Shown here one piece after another: positions 15,856 through 34,332 of a stretch of DNA of 64,000 nucleotides; the stretch's first letter is position 1, and each line of letters begins with the position of its first letter. The notes beneath the pieces were generated by a model, which worked only from the letters and a program-made list of their open reading frames with translations, made no database searches and was not told the origin of the DNA. Origin of the DNA: the human T2T-CHM13v2.0 reference genome, Homo sapiens; NCBI RefSeq assembly GCF_009914755.1, contig NC_060937.1; one strand, given 5' to 3'. A program made the translations under genes and the position numbers.

Positions 15856-16346
15856 AAGAGAGCTGGGGGCTGCACGATGGAGGAAGAACAGATCAGCAAA
15901 GTTGTGAGAGAAGAAACTAGACTACAGGGATCAAGAAGTGGGTATATAAGAATGAACTGGGGTTCACACATGATACTCACTTGAGAAACTGGTATACTCA
16001 TTGAACCTAACAGTAAAACTACAAATATTGCCCTCAAACACAGCAAACTATAAATAATAAACTTTGTGAATAGAAAATGAGCATGTCAGCTAAACACCCT
16101 GCCTGGAGTTGGAGATACAGAGTTAATATTTGTGGTCTCTGCATTTAAGGGTTTACTGTCTGTTGGAGAATCCTGATCCCAGGGCCAATTTTATTTTTTC
16201 ATTAATAATTAGCATTTATTCAGCACCTACTATACATCAAGTCCAGAGCTAGTCATTAGAGGTGATAGAGGTTACATATAAGGCAGATAACTATCAACAA
16301 GGCAAGACTTCAAGAGAACAGTAAGACTCCCTCCTCCCTGCCCAAA

Positions 16347-16714
16347 TGGTATGGTCTGAATGTGTCCCCCCACCACAAAAAAAACTTATATGTTGAAACT
16401 TAATTGCCAATGTGATAGTATTATCAAGAGGTGGGGCCTTCAGGAGGTGATTAAGTCATGAGAGCAAAGCCCTTATGAACAGTATTTATGACCTTATAAA
16501 AGAGATGTTATGGAGCCGTTTGCCCCTTCTGCTACTGAGGATGCAATAAAGCACCATCTACAAAGCACAGAGCAGACCCTTACCAGACACCAAACCTGCC
16601 AGCACCTTGATCTTGGACTTCCCAGCCTCTAGAACCATGAGCAATAAATTTCTGTTGCTTATAAATTACCCAGCCTAAGGTATTTTGTTATAGCAGCCAA
16701 AATGGACTAAGACA
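16347..16714 (+). mobile_element. MaLR LTR (MLT1A/MST-type)
   Basis: tggtatggtctgaatgtgtcccc...ttatagcagccaaaatggactaagaca. Confidence 0.88.
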
Positions 16715-16793
16715 CCAAGCCTCCTCAAAAGATAATAAAGCCCCCAAATTATTAAGGCTTTTACACCAGAATCATAATAAAAACTCAAAATTC

Positions 16794-17107
<314 letters not shown>

Positions 17108-18286
17108 TCAAAATTTACATTCAACTCAAAGAAGTAGCACATCACTTCAAATTTCTCCTGAGTTACAAATGTCAGATATCAGGCTTCCTGAAAAAAAAAA
17201 AATTCAGAAGATTCTACTTTTCACTTTTACCCAAGGCTGGCAAAATGATTCAGCAATGTTTAAAGAGTCTAAAAATTAAATGGCTGTGAAATAAACTAAA
17301 TTAACTATGCTAAATACTTTCTACATAATACCTCCTTTGATCCCTACAACAATCCTATGAGGTAGATGTCTCAAATTTTCAAAATATCAAATTCAACACA
17401 ATAATAAATAGCAGACAGCTACTAAAACATCTATTTTTCTTTGAAGAGTATTCTGCAGTTTCATGGATCAGAAAGGAGCCATAATCTCAGCTCTCTTGTT
17501 TTGGTGTGCCACTAATTTCTTTTGTACTCTACAACCTACTTGTTTTCAAAAATCAAATGATTGATATTTTTATAAAACCTTTCATTTTAGGTAAAAATGT
17601 AGGAAAATTATACTTGTTCTTTTTTCCTTTTTTTGCATCCTATGTTTGCAGTATTTCTTGGGAGTTTAGTGATAGACGCTCCCTCTTAAAATTTATTTAT
17701 TCGTTCAGTAAATTGTTTCTAAATAATTCTTATTTATTTTTTCAAGGAACTGTCATTTCTTGAGCAGCTACTATATGCCAAGCACTGTATTTGATGCTTG
17801 GTAAGAGGGAATTGAGGGAGAGAAGAAAAGGCAATAGAAGCAAAAAGAAAAGGCCCAGTCTTTCTTCCCTTAAGGATCTACCAGTCTAGTCAGAAAAATA
17901 GGTATGTATAACTAGTTATAATACAATGTGACATGAACTGGAGTACAGAAATGTAAGTGATTATGGGAGCCCAGGGATAAAGTAATTAATCTTCTCTATG
18001 AGAAAGGCATACTACTAGATGCTGGAAGCATTAAGGGTGTAAAAGAATATGTCCCTGCTTTCCAAAAGCTTATAACTCTGTAATAAAATTAAATGTATAC
18101 ACAAATAACTGTACTTAAAGTTGGTAGTTCTAAGCACCATTTGAGTGATAAAAAATAGAAGTTCCTAGGATTGCCATCACATCTGGCGAGGAAGAATAAT
18201 AATGCTGCCCTTTATGGAATACAAGCATCAGGCATCTTGCTGAAATCTTCATATACGTAATTCTCAAATTGTAGGGGGTTAACAAT

Positions 18287-18802
18287 GGTAGCAGATAGTT
18301 TCTAATATGGTCGCTTAATTATCTCCACCTTCTGAAACTCATATTCTGGTGTGATTATCCTCTGCCTGAGTGCAGGCAGTATCTGAGACTTTCTTCCAGT
18401 CATTAGAATATGGCAGAAGTGGAACGTCATTTCCCTGATCATAACATGTAAGATTGTAATATCGGTCTTGCTAGGAGAGACTTTCCACCTTGCTGGCTTT
18501 GAAGAAACAAGAGGCCACAGGGTAAAGGAGCTGATGCTCCTCGTTCAACAGGCGAAAAGGAACTGAATTCTGCCAACAATCATGTGAACTTGGAGACAGA
18601 TCCTACCCCTGTCAAGCCTTGAGTGAGACCACAGCCCTAGCTGGCCCCTTGATTGTGGCTTTCAGAAGAGTTCCCAAAGCACAAAACTTAGCAAAGCCAT
18701 GTCTGGACTCCTGACCCGTAGAAGCTGTGACCTAATGGACATTTGTTGTTTTAAGCCATGAAGTTTGTGGTAATATTTCTATACAGCAATAGACATTAAT
18801 AC
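18287..18802 (+). mobile_element. MLT1-type MaLR LTR
   Basis: gaactgaattctgccaacaatcatgtg and 3' end gtttgtggtaatatttctatacagcaatagac...aataca. Confidence 0.8.
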
Positions 18803-19517
18803 AGATACTGTTATGCCCTTTTTCTTCTTTTTTTTTTTTTTGAGGTTATGCCCTTTTTCAAATGGAGAAACAAGTTTTGAGAGGTTAAGATCACAAAGAA
18901 CCAGAAATCAAGCCCAAATCCATGCTGAGACAAACTCTATTATATTGCCTTACAGAAAACTTTATGAAAAGGCAGATATGTGCCCTAAGTCATAAAGTAG
19001 GTGGAGACGGGGGAGGCCATTTCTGGCTGATGGAATGTTTTAAGCGAAGGTCAGAGACAAGGGTGTGTGTGCCATGTTTCACAATGAATGTTCCCTTTTA
19101 CCAGAACAGAATACATCTATGTAACCATGGTTTCCCCAGATTTCCCCAGCCTATGGATAAAAAGGTGTTACTTGACCAATAATAATACAAATATCACTGA
19201 CTCTTGTCTACATCTGCTGGACGCTAAGCCTCCAGTTCACAGTCAAGTGTTTCTAGAACTACCAAGGGAATGTCCCCTTATGTTTTATATGTGCTTATCT
19301 CTGAGAGCCACAGTGTCTTTCTAGTCACTATTGGTACTCCACAGCAAGTGCTAAACAAAAGAAAAGAATGAACATAAAAAACATTTCAAAGAAAGTGTAA
19401 TTATGAATACAAATAGACTGAATATACAAAAACATGAGAAAAGGAAAAAGATCATTCAGATTTCAAGACTGGTGATGAAGAAGACAGTCAAGAGGAGAAG
19501 CTGGATTGAAAGGAAAT

Positions 19518-19564
19518 GTTCCAGCAGGAATGAGGTTCCAGCAGGAATGAGGTTCCAGCAGGAA
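19518..19564. repeat. 17-bp tandem repeat (gttccagcaggaatgag) x2.7
   Basis: Visible. Confidence 0.9.
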
Positions 19565-20316
19565 ATTCACATAGAACCATAAGCCAGTAACTGGAATCTA
19601 GAGCAAAAAAGTGAGAACTACTCCAAAGGGTTGATAGTTTTCTCAGTGGATGGGATCACCAAGGAAATGAGTTTAAAGAAGAGAAGACTATAAATTATAA
19701 ATAATGTGAGTCTACATATGCATATGTACATATGCATACACACACAAACACACACACACACACACACACACACATAAATATATAACCATAGGAAGATGAA
19801 AGAGAAAAATATTTAGATTCCTGATAGCTTTAATAAACAGGAACGTTATGGTTAACTCTGCAACATCCCTTCCATCCCAGATGATTAATCAAGGCCACGT
19901 AGACTAATGAATTGCCCTGGAAACTAATATGCATTTTCTATAATGACTCAATCATGTTGAAGGGAAGAATTTATATTTCTAAGTTGGGAGAGGTTTTCTA
20001 GATAATCCCAAAGCTACATGCAGCAACAATTATCATTAGAAGCCACCTTGCAACCATGAGTGCAGCAGGTACAAGCAAAAAGCCAACTCAAGTGGGAAGG
20101 AGAAAATAAAGAGTTTACGAGAAAGCAAAGTCACAGCTCTAACATGCTCTGTCTGGATTCTAGTCTCCTCTGGGCTTTTTCTTATATAAAATGATATATT
20201 TTCTTATCATTTAAAACCATTTCTGAAGACAAAATCTTTCTGACCAATAAAATTATGCAATTAAAAGAATTCATATATTGTAGACAAGGCAAGTACAAGA
20301 AAATTGGCTTTCACCA

Positions 20317-21090
<774 letters not shown>

Positions 21091-21479
21091 CACCAATAAC
21101 AGACCCATAAGGCAGTCTTTCTATATTGGTTATGCCAAAAAGCAGATCCGAAGGGATTAAGAAATGATGAGGTGGAGAGGAGGGGGGACAGTTCCTCTTC
21201 CACTTAGAATGTAGAAAGCCCCAGAGCATGTCATTCACCCTAAGAGAAAAACTTGACTAACATACAAAAGTCATAACTTTCCTTGGGCCCATCAGAGAAT
21301 CACAGGGCAATAAAGTAAACTAAATTCCAAAGGTTTACAGCCTCCTCCAATAAGAGACATGACCCACAAAAATTTGGCAGAGCCGGAGAGGAAGCGAATA
21401 ATAAGTGGGTGGTAGTAATGAGCTCCCCCAATTAACAATGGTAAGAGGAAAGCCAAGGCTCAGATGAGGAAAGCAATTG

Positions 21480-22810
21480 AAGCGAGCACCTCACTGCTCT
21501 ACCACATTCAGTTTCCTGATATAGACAAATTGCACTCAAGCTTATCGAGAGAACTTGCAAATGGGATTTCCCAGCCATTGACAGAAATCTTTGCGAACAG
21601 ATATCTCTCAAAAGAAGACATACTAATGGTCAACAAGCATATGAAAAAAATGCTTAACGTCACTAATCATCAGAGAAATGCAAATTAAAACCATATGAAG
21701 ATATCATCTTATACCAGAGTGGCTATTACTAAAAAGTCAAAAAACAACACATATTGGCATGGATGTGGAGAAAAGTAATTGTTTATCCACTGTTAGTGGG
21801 AATGTAAATTAGTAAAACATCTATAGAAAACAGTATGGCAATTTCTCAAAGAAATAAAAGTAGAACTACCATTCGACCTAGCAATTTCACTAGTGAACAG
21901 CTACCCAAAGGAAAAGAAATCATTATATCAAAAAGACACCTTCACTTATATGTTTATTTCAGCACTATTCACAATAGCAAAGTTATGGAATCAACCTAAG
22001 TGTCCACCAGTGATTGACTGGATAAAGAAAATGTGGTACATATACATCCTGGAATACTATGCAGCCATAAAGAGTTAAATCATGTCTTTGCAGCAACATG
22101 GATGGAACTGGAGGCCGTTATCCTAAGAGAAATAACTCAAATATAGAAAATTATATACTGCATGTTCTCATTTATAAGTAGGAGCTAAACAATAGCTACA
22201 TATGAACATAAAGATGAAAATAATAGACTCTGGGGACTCCAAAATGGAGGAGGGAAGAAAGAGTGTGAGGGTTAAAAAATTACTTGTGGGTACAATGTCC
22301 ACTATTTGGGTGATGGGCACACTGGAACCCAAGCCTCACCATTGTGTAATAATATATCCATCCAACAAATTTGAACATGCATTCCCTGAATCTAAATTTT
22401 TTTTTAAGTTTAAAACAGAGAAGTTTAAAACAAAAGACAGTGTGACCTTTGAATAATGAGAGAATGGAAAAGAGAATGTTCAAGGAGCAGAGATGTGGGT
22501 GCAAAATGGGGTACAGTGATCAAAAAGAGAGGTAAACTCTGCAAACACTACAACATGAAGCCTGACAACAAATCTAGACAAGAAGCTACAGCAAGTGACT
22601 AAAGGGCTGTTTGAGAGTTCCTAGAACACAATTTGAGTTGACCAAGAATATATAAGACTTACATCATTTCTTTCTGAATAAGATATACTAGTAGGTCAGC
22701 AAAATCCATTGATATACTTGAACTTTAGCAAAGCATGTGACAAATTCTTTCCTGATATTCACATACACAAGATGGACCTATATGAACTAGAATAAGTAGA
22801 GTATAAGAGC
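21480..22810 (+). mobile_element. CR1/L3 RT remnant split by an L1
   Basis: PDIDKLHSSLSRELANGISQPLTEIF resembles CR1 PDGLHPRVLKELA..I..PL..IF; downstream YLNFSKACDK resembles YLDFSKAFDK. Confidence 0.7.
21597..22420 (+). mobile_element. L1 (L1PB/L1MA) 3' fragment
   Basis: WNQPKCP..DWIKKMWYIY..EYYAAIK remnant plus 3' UTR. Confidence 0.92.
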
Positions 22811-22944
22811 TTCAAGAAACAGAGATTATAGGAGTTTGAAAGAAAGAGTGGTTCCTATTAAAAAAAGATTCCAGGAAAGTAACTGTGTATGGGAGACACC
22901 AGTCAATTAGGGCAAGAAATTAGTGTAATCACTATCAGGATAAC

Positions 22945-23165
22945 CTTAATAACAATAGCAATAATATGTTGAGCACTTATTACATGCCAATTCTTGCGCT
23001 AAGCATTTTTTCCATACATTAGCTTGTTTAGTCCTCACCACAATCTTTTTAGGTAAATTTATTTTCCCTTTTACAAACAAGGAAACTGAGGCTCAGACAG
23101 GTTAAATAACCTGCCCAAATTAATACAGCTAGTAGGTGCAAGAACAGAGGTTATAAGCTGGGTCT
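22945..23165 (-). mobile_element. MIR
   Basis: aaggaaactgaggctcagacaggttaaataacctgccc. Confidence 0.85.
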
Positions 23166-23477
23166 GAGCCTAAGGGTATGTTATTAAATGTCATGCCATC
23201 CTTGAGGTAATGCTGGGCACATATTCCAAATAAGACAGAATAGTGCCGGGCAATGTGGAGAAACCAATGTAGAACTCATCTGAAAAGGAAGAAGCCTAGA
23301 GAAACAGGCAGCAGTGGAAAGCCTCTTGTATAATAGGCAGCAGGGATGGATGACAAGACTGAAATGAGCAAGGGAACAGGAGACAAGTTGTGGGGACTTC
23401 ACAGTGTGAGAAAAGAGACAGAAGAGGGTGGTTTGAATTGTGGTTAATAAGGCAGATTAAAAGAATGGTGTGACTTA

Positions 23478-25089
<1,612 letters not shown>

Positions 25090-25429
25090 CTTCATGAAAT
25101 AAAAGTCAAAAATTTGAAAATAAATCATATGCAGAGTTTGAATGATTGTTTTTTCAATTTGAAGCTTAGTTTCATGGGCACAGTAAAAGGATTTACTGAT
25201 GATAATAAAAACATTTAAAAATGAGAATTAGATACATACTATCATACGTTAACTAAAGCTTAATTATATGCAACAAAACTATAAATGATGTAAAGTGAGG
25301 TTTCGATTGTACTTATTTCTCCTTGCTAGAGACCTGGTAAAATCTCTTAATCCAAAACGGATAATAAAATATAGCCCTTGTAGGTCTGGTCTGGATTTGT
25401 CATCTGGTGTTGTTTTATTGCTGTTATTG

Positions 25430-26674
25430 GTCTTTGTGTCCATGGTCATGCTCAGCTAGTGTCATCTGCAAGGTCATATTGTCATCGCGCAGAACACTTA
25501 TTACTTAGCCTTTGTTTCCTTTCTCAATGTTCAGGATTCAAACAAACACATTTCTCACACAGGCTTTGCCAAAATTTTTCTACTCATCATCTCTGCTTTC
25601 ACTAGTCCATCTGAGCCCTCAGGTGCCCATTCATGCCTTCTGCATGCTTTATCTTCATGCAATGCTGAAGCAAAGAAGGCAGTTCTAATATCCTTTTAGC
25701 AGGATACCTAACTGAAGTCCAAATGGCAAGGAGGAAAAAAAAAAGTCTGGAGACTCACAATGGGGGAAAATATAGGTACCATAAGACATTCGAATATAAA
25801 ATGTCTTTCCCCACCCTACACCTTCTCCTTGGTTCCTGCTGTACTTGTCTGGAGAATACTCCTGTTTAACTATTCTGTGTCCAATATCATGTAAGGTAAG
25901 CTCACAAACGCCAAAGTCGAAACGTTGTATAGTGCTTTATTTCAGCAATGATTTCTACTTCAACTGGGAGAAGAACTTTTGGAGAGGGTAGGTCCTGCAC
26001 CAGCTGAAAAGGGGCATTTTAGGACAGTGTATGAATGAAATTTAAAGATAGACATGTATGATCACGGTGTATGAATATACAACACCCTCTCCAGTTAATA
26101 CATTTTTCTTGATTTGCTTTTAGAACTATAATGGAACTTCATATATTCAAGACACAGAAGCTACCATGGCATACAGTAAATCTTCATTTCTATAGAAAAA
26201 TCAATATCACCTATGCCAAAATAAATTTTTTTCTTTAAAAAGTTGTTATAATGGTCGATTAAAAGTGATTACTAGTAGAATACAAGTAATTAAAAACAAG
26301 CAGAAGTTGAATGAAAATTGGTTCAAAAAAACAATTTAGCAAGGGAATTTAAGAATAAGATAGAACATTTGGGAAACAATTTTACAGTTTGACCTCATTT
26401 CCCTATTTTATCATCCCAAATGAAATACAAAAAAAAGTCTATGTATATTGGTGAAAACATTTACTGGCATATGAATGGTTGTCAATTTCATTGTTTATTG
26501 GAACCCTGGAACTTTGAAAAATGTTTTCTTAAGCTGTATAAATTATTTATGTAAAATATTTATAATAGTCAAATTATAACATTAGGTACTGAAAATTCTA
26601 TTAACTCTGCTTTTCCATCTATTGCAAATATATTTCAAGAGAAAATGGGTCCAGACAAGATCTTATGACAGATT
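25430..26674 (-). pseudogene. Extended Tudor domain fossil exons (26674-26590, 26189-26102, 26003-25906, 25711-~25430)
   Basis: LCLEY...SRKI|WCRT...IQRFDFGV|...ILELPSLL...WTSESRD...FGKACVRNVFV*ILNIE...VISVLRDDNMTLQMTLAEHDHG. Acceptors tttctatag, ccttttcag and gacttcag; donor gtgagc. Confidence 0.7.
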
Positions 26675-27164
26675 CTTATTGAATAAGCAAAAAATAAATT
26701 GTCACTATGATAAAACAATGGAATGAGCTTATAAGAGATTAAGGAATGCCTTGTCTTAGAAATCTTTCCCCCAAAGTCCATTTTTGTTTATTTTTAAAAG
26801 AAGAATAATTAATTTTCTAGAATAAAAAAAGCCTGAGCAAATGATTGCTCCAAGATCCCTCAGAAATAATTCTATCACTGCATTCTTTTTTGTTTTTGTT
26901 TTTATTTTGTTTATGTGTATGTGTACAGACATGGAGTAAATGAGCCCTAGTGTTTTTCAGTAGTTATATTATTACTAAAACTTATATATGTACTAAATAT
27001 CCCACTAAGGTTTTATGTCTGTGAATTGAGCTTTACATTTCTTGGTCAAGTTTCCAACCATTATTATGTACAATGATCCAGTTACATACTTTATGAGTTA
27101 ATTTATTAACATTAATTATTGTTCATGTAAAGCTAGAAAATGCAGTCTTTAAAAAAAAACTAAG

Positions 27165-28232
27165 TTTAAATATAATATCACAGAGCCAATATTTCAACAG
27201 TAACATGAATCAGGTAATAAATAGCTCCCTTTGATCATTGTTTTTAAAGTCTCTTGAACCATGCTTTGATTAGTTCTATTTAATATTTAACATCTGGTTA
27301 GTCAATTTCAATCTGCAGGAAACACTGCTGGAAAAATTCTATGCTGACTAAATACATTTATAATACTACAAAGCTGACATGTAATTGATTTTAGTTCCCA
27401 TAAAAGGATTATGTTAACTTTCCTTAATCTACTTGTTTGTATTTTGTGCAATCTAGTAAATTCACACCAGGGATGCTAAGTTTTTATCTCTTATCAATAT
27501 TTTATGTAAAATTGACAGGATTATACTTTAGTCTAAGTACCACTCTCTAATTTTTTTCCTTGAAAAGAAAATAACATTCTAAAAAATATTACTTCACAGC
27601 TATAGCACTAATGCAATAGCGGTTTACTGGCCGCTGAAGTACCTCAATTCCTTGAAAGGAATACTATAGTGAAACATTTCCTATAGGCTATCAAACCCCA
27701 GAAACATTTTTACATTTAAAAACAAATGTTAAATGTGTATTTCCCACAGCTCTGGGTTTGTTTGTTTGTTTGTTTGTTCAGTTAAGTATTGTGCAATGGG
27801 AAATTGAGGCTTTTGTCATCATTAAATAATGCAACGTTTGGGAAGATTTGTTTAAGTCAGTGTTTTAGCCATTAGTCATTTAATATTATTTTATATATTG
27901 CATACTTATGTGTGTAAGTATGCCAAGTTTCTAATTAACATCCATTTCTAAGTAAGCTATGAATTTTATAAGACAGAAATTTTGGTTTTATTATTGTAAC
28001 ATTGACCCTACTGTCAGAGGAGGTTTATTTTTTAGATAAACAAAACTTACCTTTAGTCATTAGTTTTAAATGCCCCATGTGTTGAAATTGGTGGGTTTTC
28101 TTTCAATTTCTTTTATGTGAGTGAAAGGTGGGTAAAAACAAAATGTAATATAGAAATTGTGAAGACAAAGTCCAAATCTCAACTTTCTCTCTAATGTTTT
28201 CTACATATGATCTCATTATAACCATAACAAGT
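27165..28232 (-). pseudogene. Schlafen/AlbA_2 domain fossil, copy 2 (exons 28232-28051, 27715-27593, 27347-~27165)
   Basis: CYGYNEII...RES*DLDF...HGAFKTN..K|DVKMFLGFDS...FQGIEVLQRPVNRYCISAIAV|NQHRIFPAVFPAD...ELFIT/DSCYC*NIGSV. Donor gtaagt at 28050; in-phase junction 27593/27347. Confidence 0.75.
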
Positions 28233-28316
28233 TTGAAAGACACTAATTGTGGAAAGAAGGATTACATGAAGCAACATTAAAAGTGTAATAAAACATTCCA
28301 TTCTAAAAAAAATGTC

Positions 28317-30120
<1,804 letters not shown>

Positions 30121-30164
30121 CTCAAAACAGGAAAGCAAAAGAGAGCATGTATTTATTTCCTTAC

Positions 30165-30362
30165 TTATTCATTTATTTTTAATTGACAAATTAAAATTGT
30201 ATGTATTTATCATGTACAACAAGATAAATACTGTTTTAAAATGTGTAGATTGTGAAATGGCTAAATTGAGCTAATTAACATCTGCATTACTTCCCATACT
30301 TAACATTTGTGGGTTGAGAACACTTAAAATCTATTATCTCAGCGATTTTCAAGAATACAATG
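30165..30362 (-). mobile_element. L1MA 3' end
   Basis: aattgacaaattaaaattgtatgtatttatcatgtacaac...gagaacacttaaaatcta. Confidence 0.85.
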
Positions 30363-30624
30363 AGAGCAGACATTTTTACACAGTTATATTCCTTCTGACA
30401 TCTTGTGGGATTTTCTGGAAGTATATAAAATGGCAAATACATTTGAGGTAATTCCATTGTATTTTAACAATATTTATTGAGCATTTGTGATGGGATGGTT
30501 GCCAAGAGACCTACAAATTAAATAGAAATCCCATAAATTTTGCAAAAATATAAAATATTATGGCTCTCAAGATACCTACAGTCTAAAGGGGAAATATACA
30601 CAAAATAAGGAGATATGCTTCAAA

Positions 30625-30765
30625 GGCAGTGGTTTTTAACTTCAATGTGCATAAGCATCTCTGCATCCAACCCCAGAGATTCTTTTGGTGAATCCGGAGA
30701 GAGGCCTAGTAATTTAACAAAATTCCATGTGATTCTAATGAAGATGGTCTGTGGCTCTGTATAAT
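30625..30765. mobile_element. MER5-like hAT remnant
   Basis: cagtggtttttaac...ccagagattc...tttaacaa...gtgattctaatg. Confidence 0.65.
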
Positions 30766-31002
30766 AAGACCAACTTTCAAATGTATCCAATGAAAACTAT
30801 CCTTATTAATTTATAATGTTATATGTCTAACCCAGATATAAAGTGGGGGTACCTTATATCTGAGATCTCAGTAAGGTTGGCTCAAATTCCAAAGCCTAGC
30901 CCTGTGAAAGTCTAAGACCCTCTTAAAGATCTCCATATATTCTGAGGAGTAAATTTTCGCTCTTATGCTCAATTCTGCCTCTCAGAAATCTGCCTTTATC
31001 TG

Positions 31003-31748
<746 letters not shown>

Positions 31749-31809
31749 TACTGTGTCTTTTCTGCACAGTTTTTACAAAAATGTGAGCCTCCCTCCTGTA
31801 TCACCCTGT

Positions 31810-31811
<2 letters not shown>

Positions 31812-31859
<48 letters not shown>
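31812..31859. repeat. (CA)n microsatellite
   Basis: Visible. Confidence 0.98.
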
Positions 31860-31861
<2 letters not shown>

Positions 31862-33079
31862 GTTAAAAGGCAGAATAGACATTACTAAACTATTGGGGGA
31901 AATGTTGACACAAAAAAGAGTGAACTGTAAAAATAGTATTAGCTTCCAATTCAGCATTAGATATTGCATCCGCAAATCAGAAATTGGCTCCAAGCTTTAC
32001 TAGAATTACATGATGCAATAGCTCTAAACCAGAAGTGAGTAATATTTTAAATTAATGTTTTATGGAGATATAGAAATATCAGGTTATTCTCTGGAATTAT
32101 CTCTTATTAAGCTAATAGAAACAGAAATTACTGTGACTCCTTGGTCTTGAAGGACAGGTGACATTTTAGGACTTTTCTATTCTTCAGCATCTATGAATCT
32201 ATGGGTAGTTACTACTGTTTGCTTAGAACTTTTCTCTAAGGCTCCCTAAAACAATATATTTACATATGATATGCACTCAGCTTGAAACCTGCAGTAGTAA
32301 GCAGTTCATTTAAAATTTGGGGACCTAAGAGACTAAACAGGAAGTCAGAGGAGCCGTATGCTATGGAACTGCTAAACCAACAAAGGATAAATTCAGGAGC
32401 TTGTCGGAGAACTCTGTACATACAATACCCATTCCAGCCTAATTTACAGTACCCAGGGCAAGGGAGAAAAGGTCTCCAGGCTCCTTTCTTTGGTATGGAT
32501 ATAGCCTCACCCTGATACAAAAAGCAATATAAAGTTATACTGCACATAAAAATATAAACACACCAACTACATAATCAAATTCAGTTATACATCAGTGATC
32601 TACACAATGTGCTGATGTGTTATTATTCTTGAAATGATTAGTCAAATCGGAAGAGAGAGAATCCTTGGGAAGAGCTCCAGAGAGGAACAGAAATCCGAAG
32701 CAGAGAAAGGATGGGCATATATTTATAAGGAGAAATGGAGACTAAAACTGGAAGTTGATGATACACTGGTGAAGAATGACAGGGATATTTACCTGATTGA
32801 AGCAGCATGCCCACCTGTGCGTTATTGACAATGAGGTTGGATAATTTGTATAGATGCAAGTGGTTCTTCAAGAATGTTAGAGGTTTCATTTCAAGCACAT
32901 AATTAGGAGATGGAAGATGATCATTTCAGAGCTTGGGGAGGATTCAATTCAAAATTTAAAAGGGAATAACTTAATTTCTAAAAGAAAGTTGCATTGTGTT
33001 GTAAAGGTGGACTAGCGGAATACGCTAGTGCCTCGATAAGCCTCATGAACAATAAATGAATACACAATTATTATAGTTG

Positions 33080-33345
33080 TCCATATACCGATAATAGCTA
33101 ATGTCTACTGAGAGTGTATTATGTGCCAGGCAAAGTTATAAATAGCTTTACATGTATCATCTTACTTATTTCCCTCTACGACCTGTTCAGATAGGCAACA
33201 TTATTGTAACTGTTTTACTGACGAGCAAATTGAGGCACAAGGTCATTAAATTACATGCCAAAGTTTGCATAGTAAATGAAAGAACTGGGATTTGAACCCA
33301 AACAGTCTGGCTTGTAAGTCTGATCGATTAGCTACTATAACTCGC
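33080..33345 (-). mobile_element. MIR
   Basis: aaattgaggcacaaggtcattaaattacatgcc...gatttgaaccca. Confidence 0.8.
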
Positions 33346-33729
33346 TGCAGGGTGCATAGCAAAATATAAAGAGATGAAAAAAAAATAGAGCTCATAAGCA
33401 TTACCCAGCAAGAACTGTAAATATTTAGGGGTCAAATGAGAGAAAGGAGCTGAAGATGACTCCAAAGTTTCCCTTGTAAAGAACAGGAAAGACTGATAGT
33501 GTGTTTGATTACTATTTAAGTTTTAAAAGAGTATTAGTGACACAATAATAGAGATAGCTGATGATGTATTTGCCAATCAATAGATGAAGATCATTTCTTT
33601 TAATGTAAAAAATTTTCCACATTGAGAAAAAAAATAGATGAGATGATTGTGCCTCTTAGTAGGTATATTTAAAGTACTGCAGCTATTTTTCATGTGAGAT
33701 AATACTCTGTATTTATGTAACACACTTTT

Positions 33730-33940
33730 TCTAAGGAGCTCAAAGCATTTTACCACAATGCATTACCTTATTCATCCTCATAACATCCCCTTTTAAGAAA
33801 GGAAGTGTCAAGTATAATGACCACAATTTTACAGATGGGAACACTAAGACAAATGAAGTTTCTGACTTGCCAAGATCACAGACAACCCTGTAGCAAAACT
33901 AAGTACAGAATTTGTGTTTTCTGAAATTTAAAATTCTTTC
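33730..33940 (-). mobile_element. MIR
   Basis: attttacagatgggaacactaagac...gacttgccaagatcacag. Confidence 0.75.
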
Positions 33941-34301
33941 CAATCTCTTCTCAATGGTATATCTTAAATTTGCCTTAACGTTTAGCATTACTTTATCTAT
34001 AAATTCACATATTTGGAATCATGTTATAATCTCATATTATCTGAGTAGTGTGCATCATGAATTTGGTGATTAAATTGAATAACTCTATAAAATGTGAAAA
34101 ATCAATGCTTCATCCTTTTAAAAAATCAAAACTTTCCTTCTCAATTAGGCATTTAATATGCCTGGTTTAAACTCTAAAGAAGTTTTGATACATATTAGAA
34201 CCCTTTCTGAGAAAATGCTGTCTTTTTCTTGAAGAAATTTTGGTATTTGGAAGCCCCAAATTATCAATAAGTAATAAAGATAAGATGATACACACAAACA
34301 C

Positions 34302-34332
<31 letters not shown>

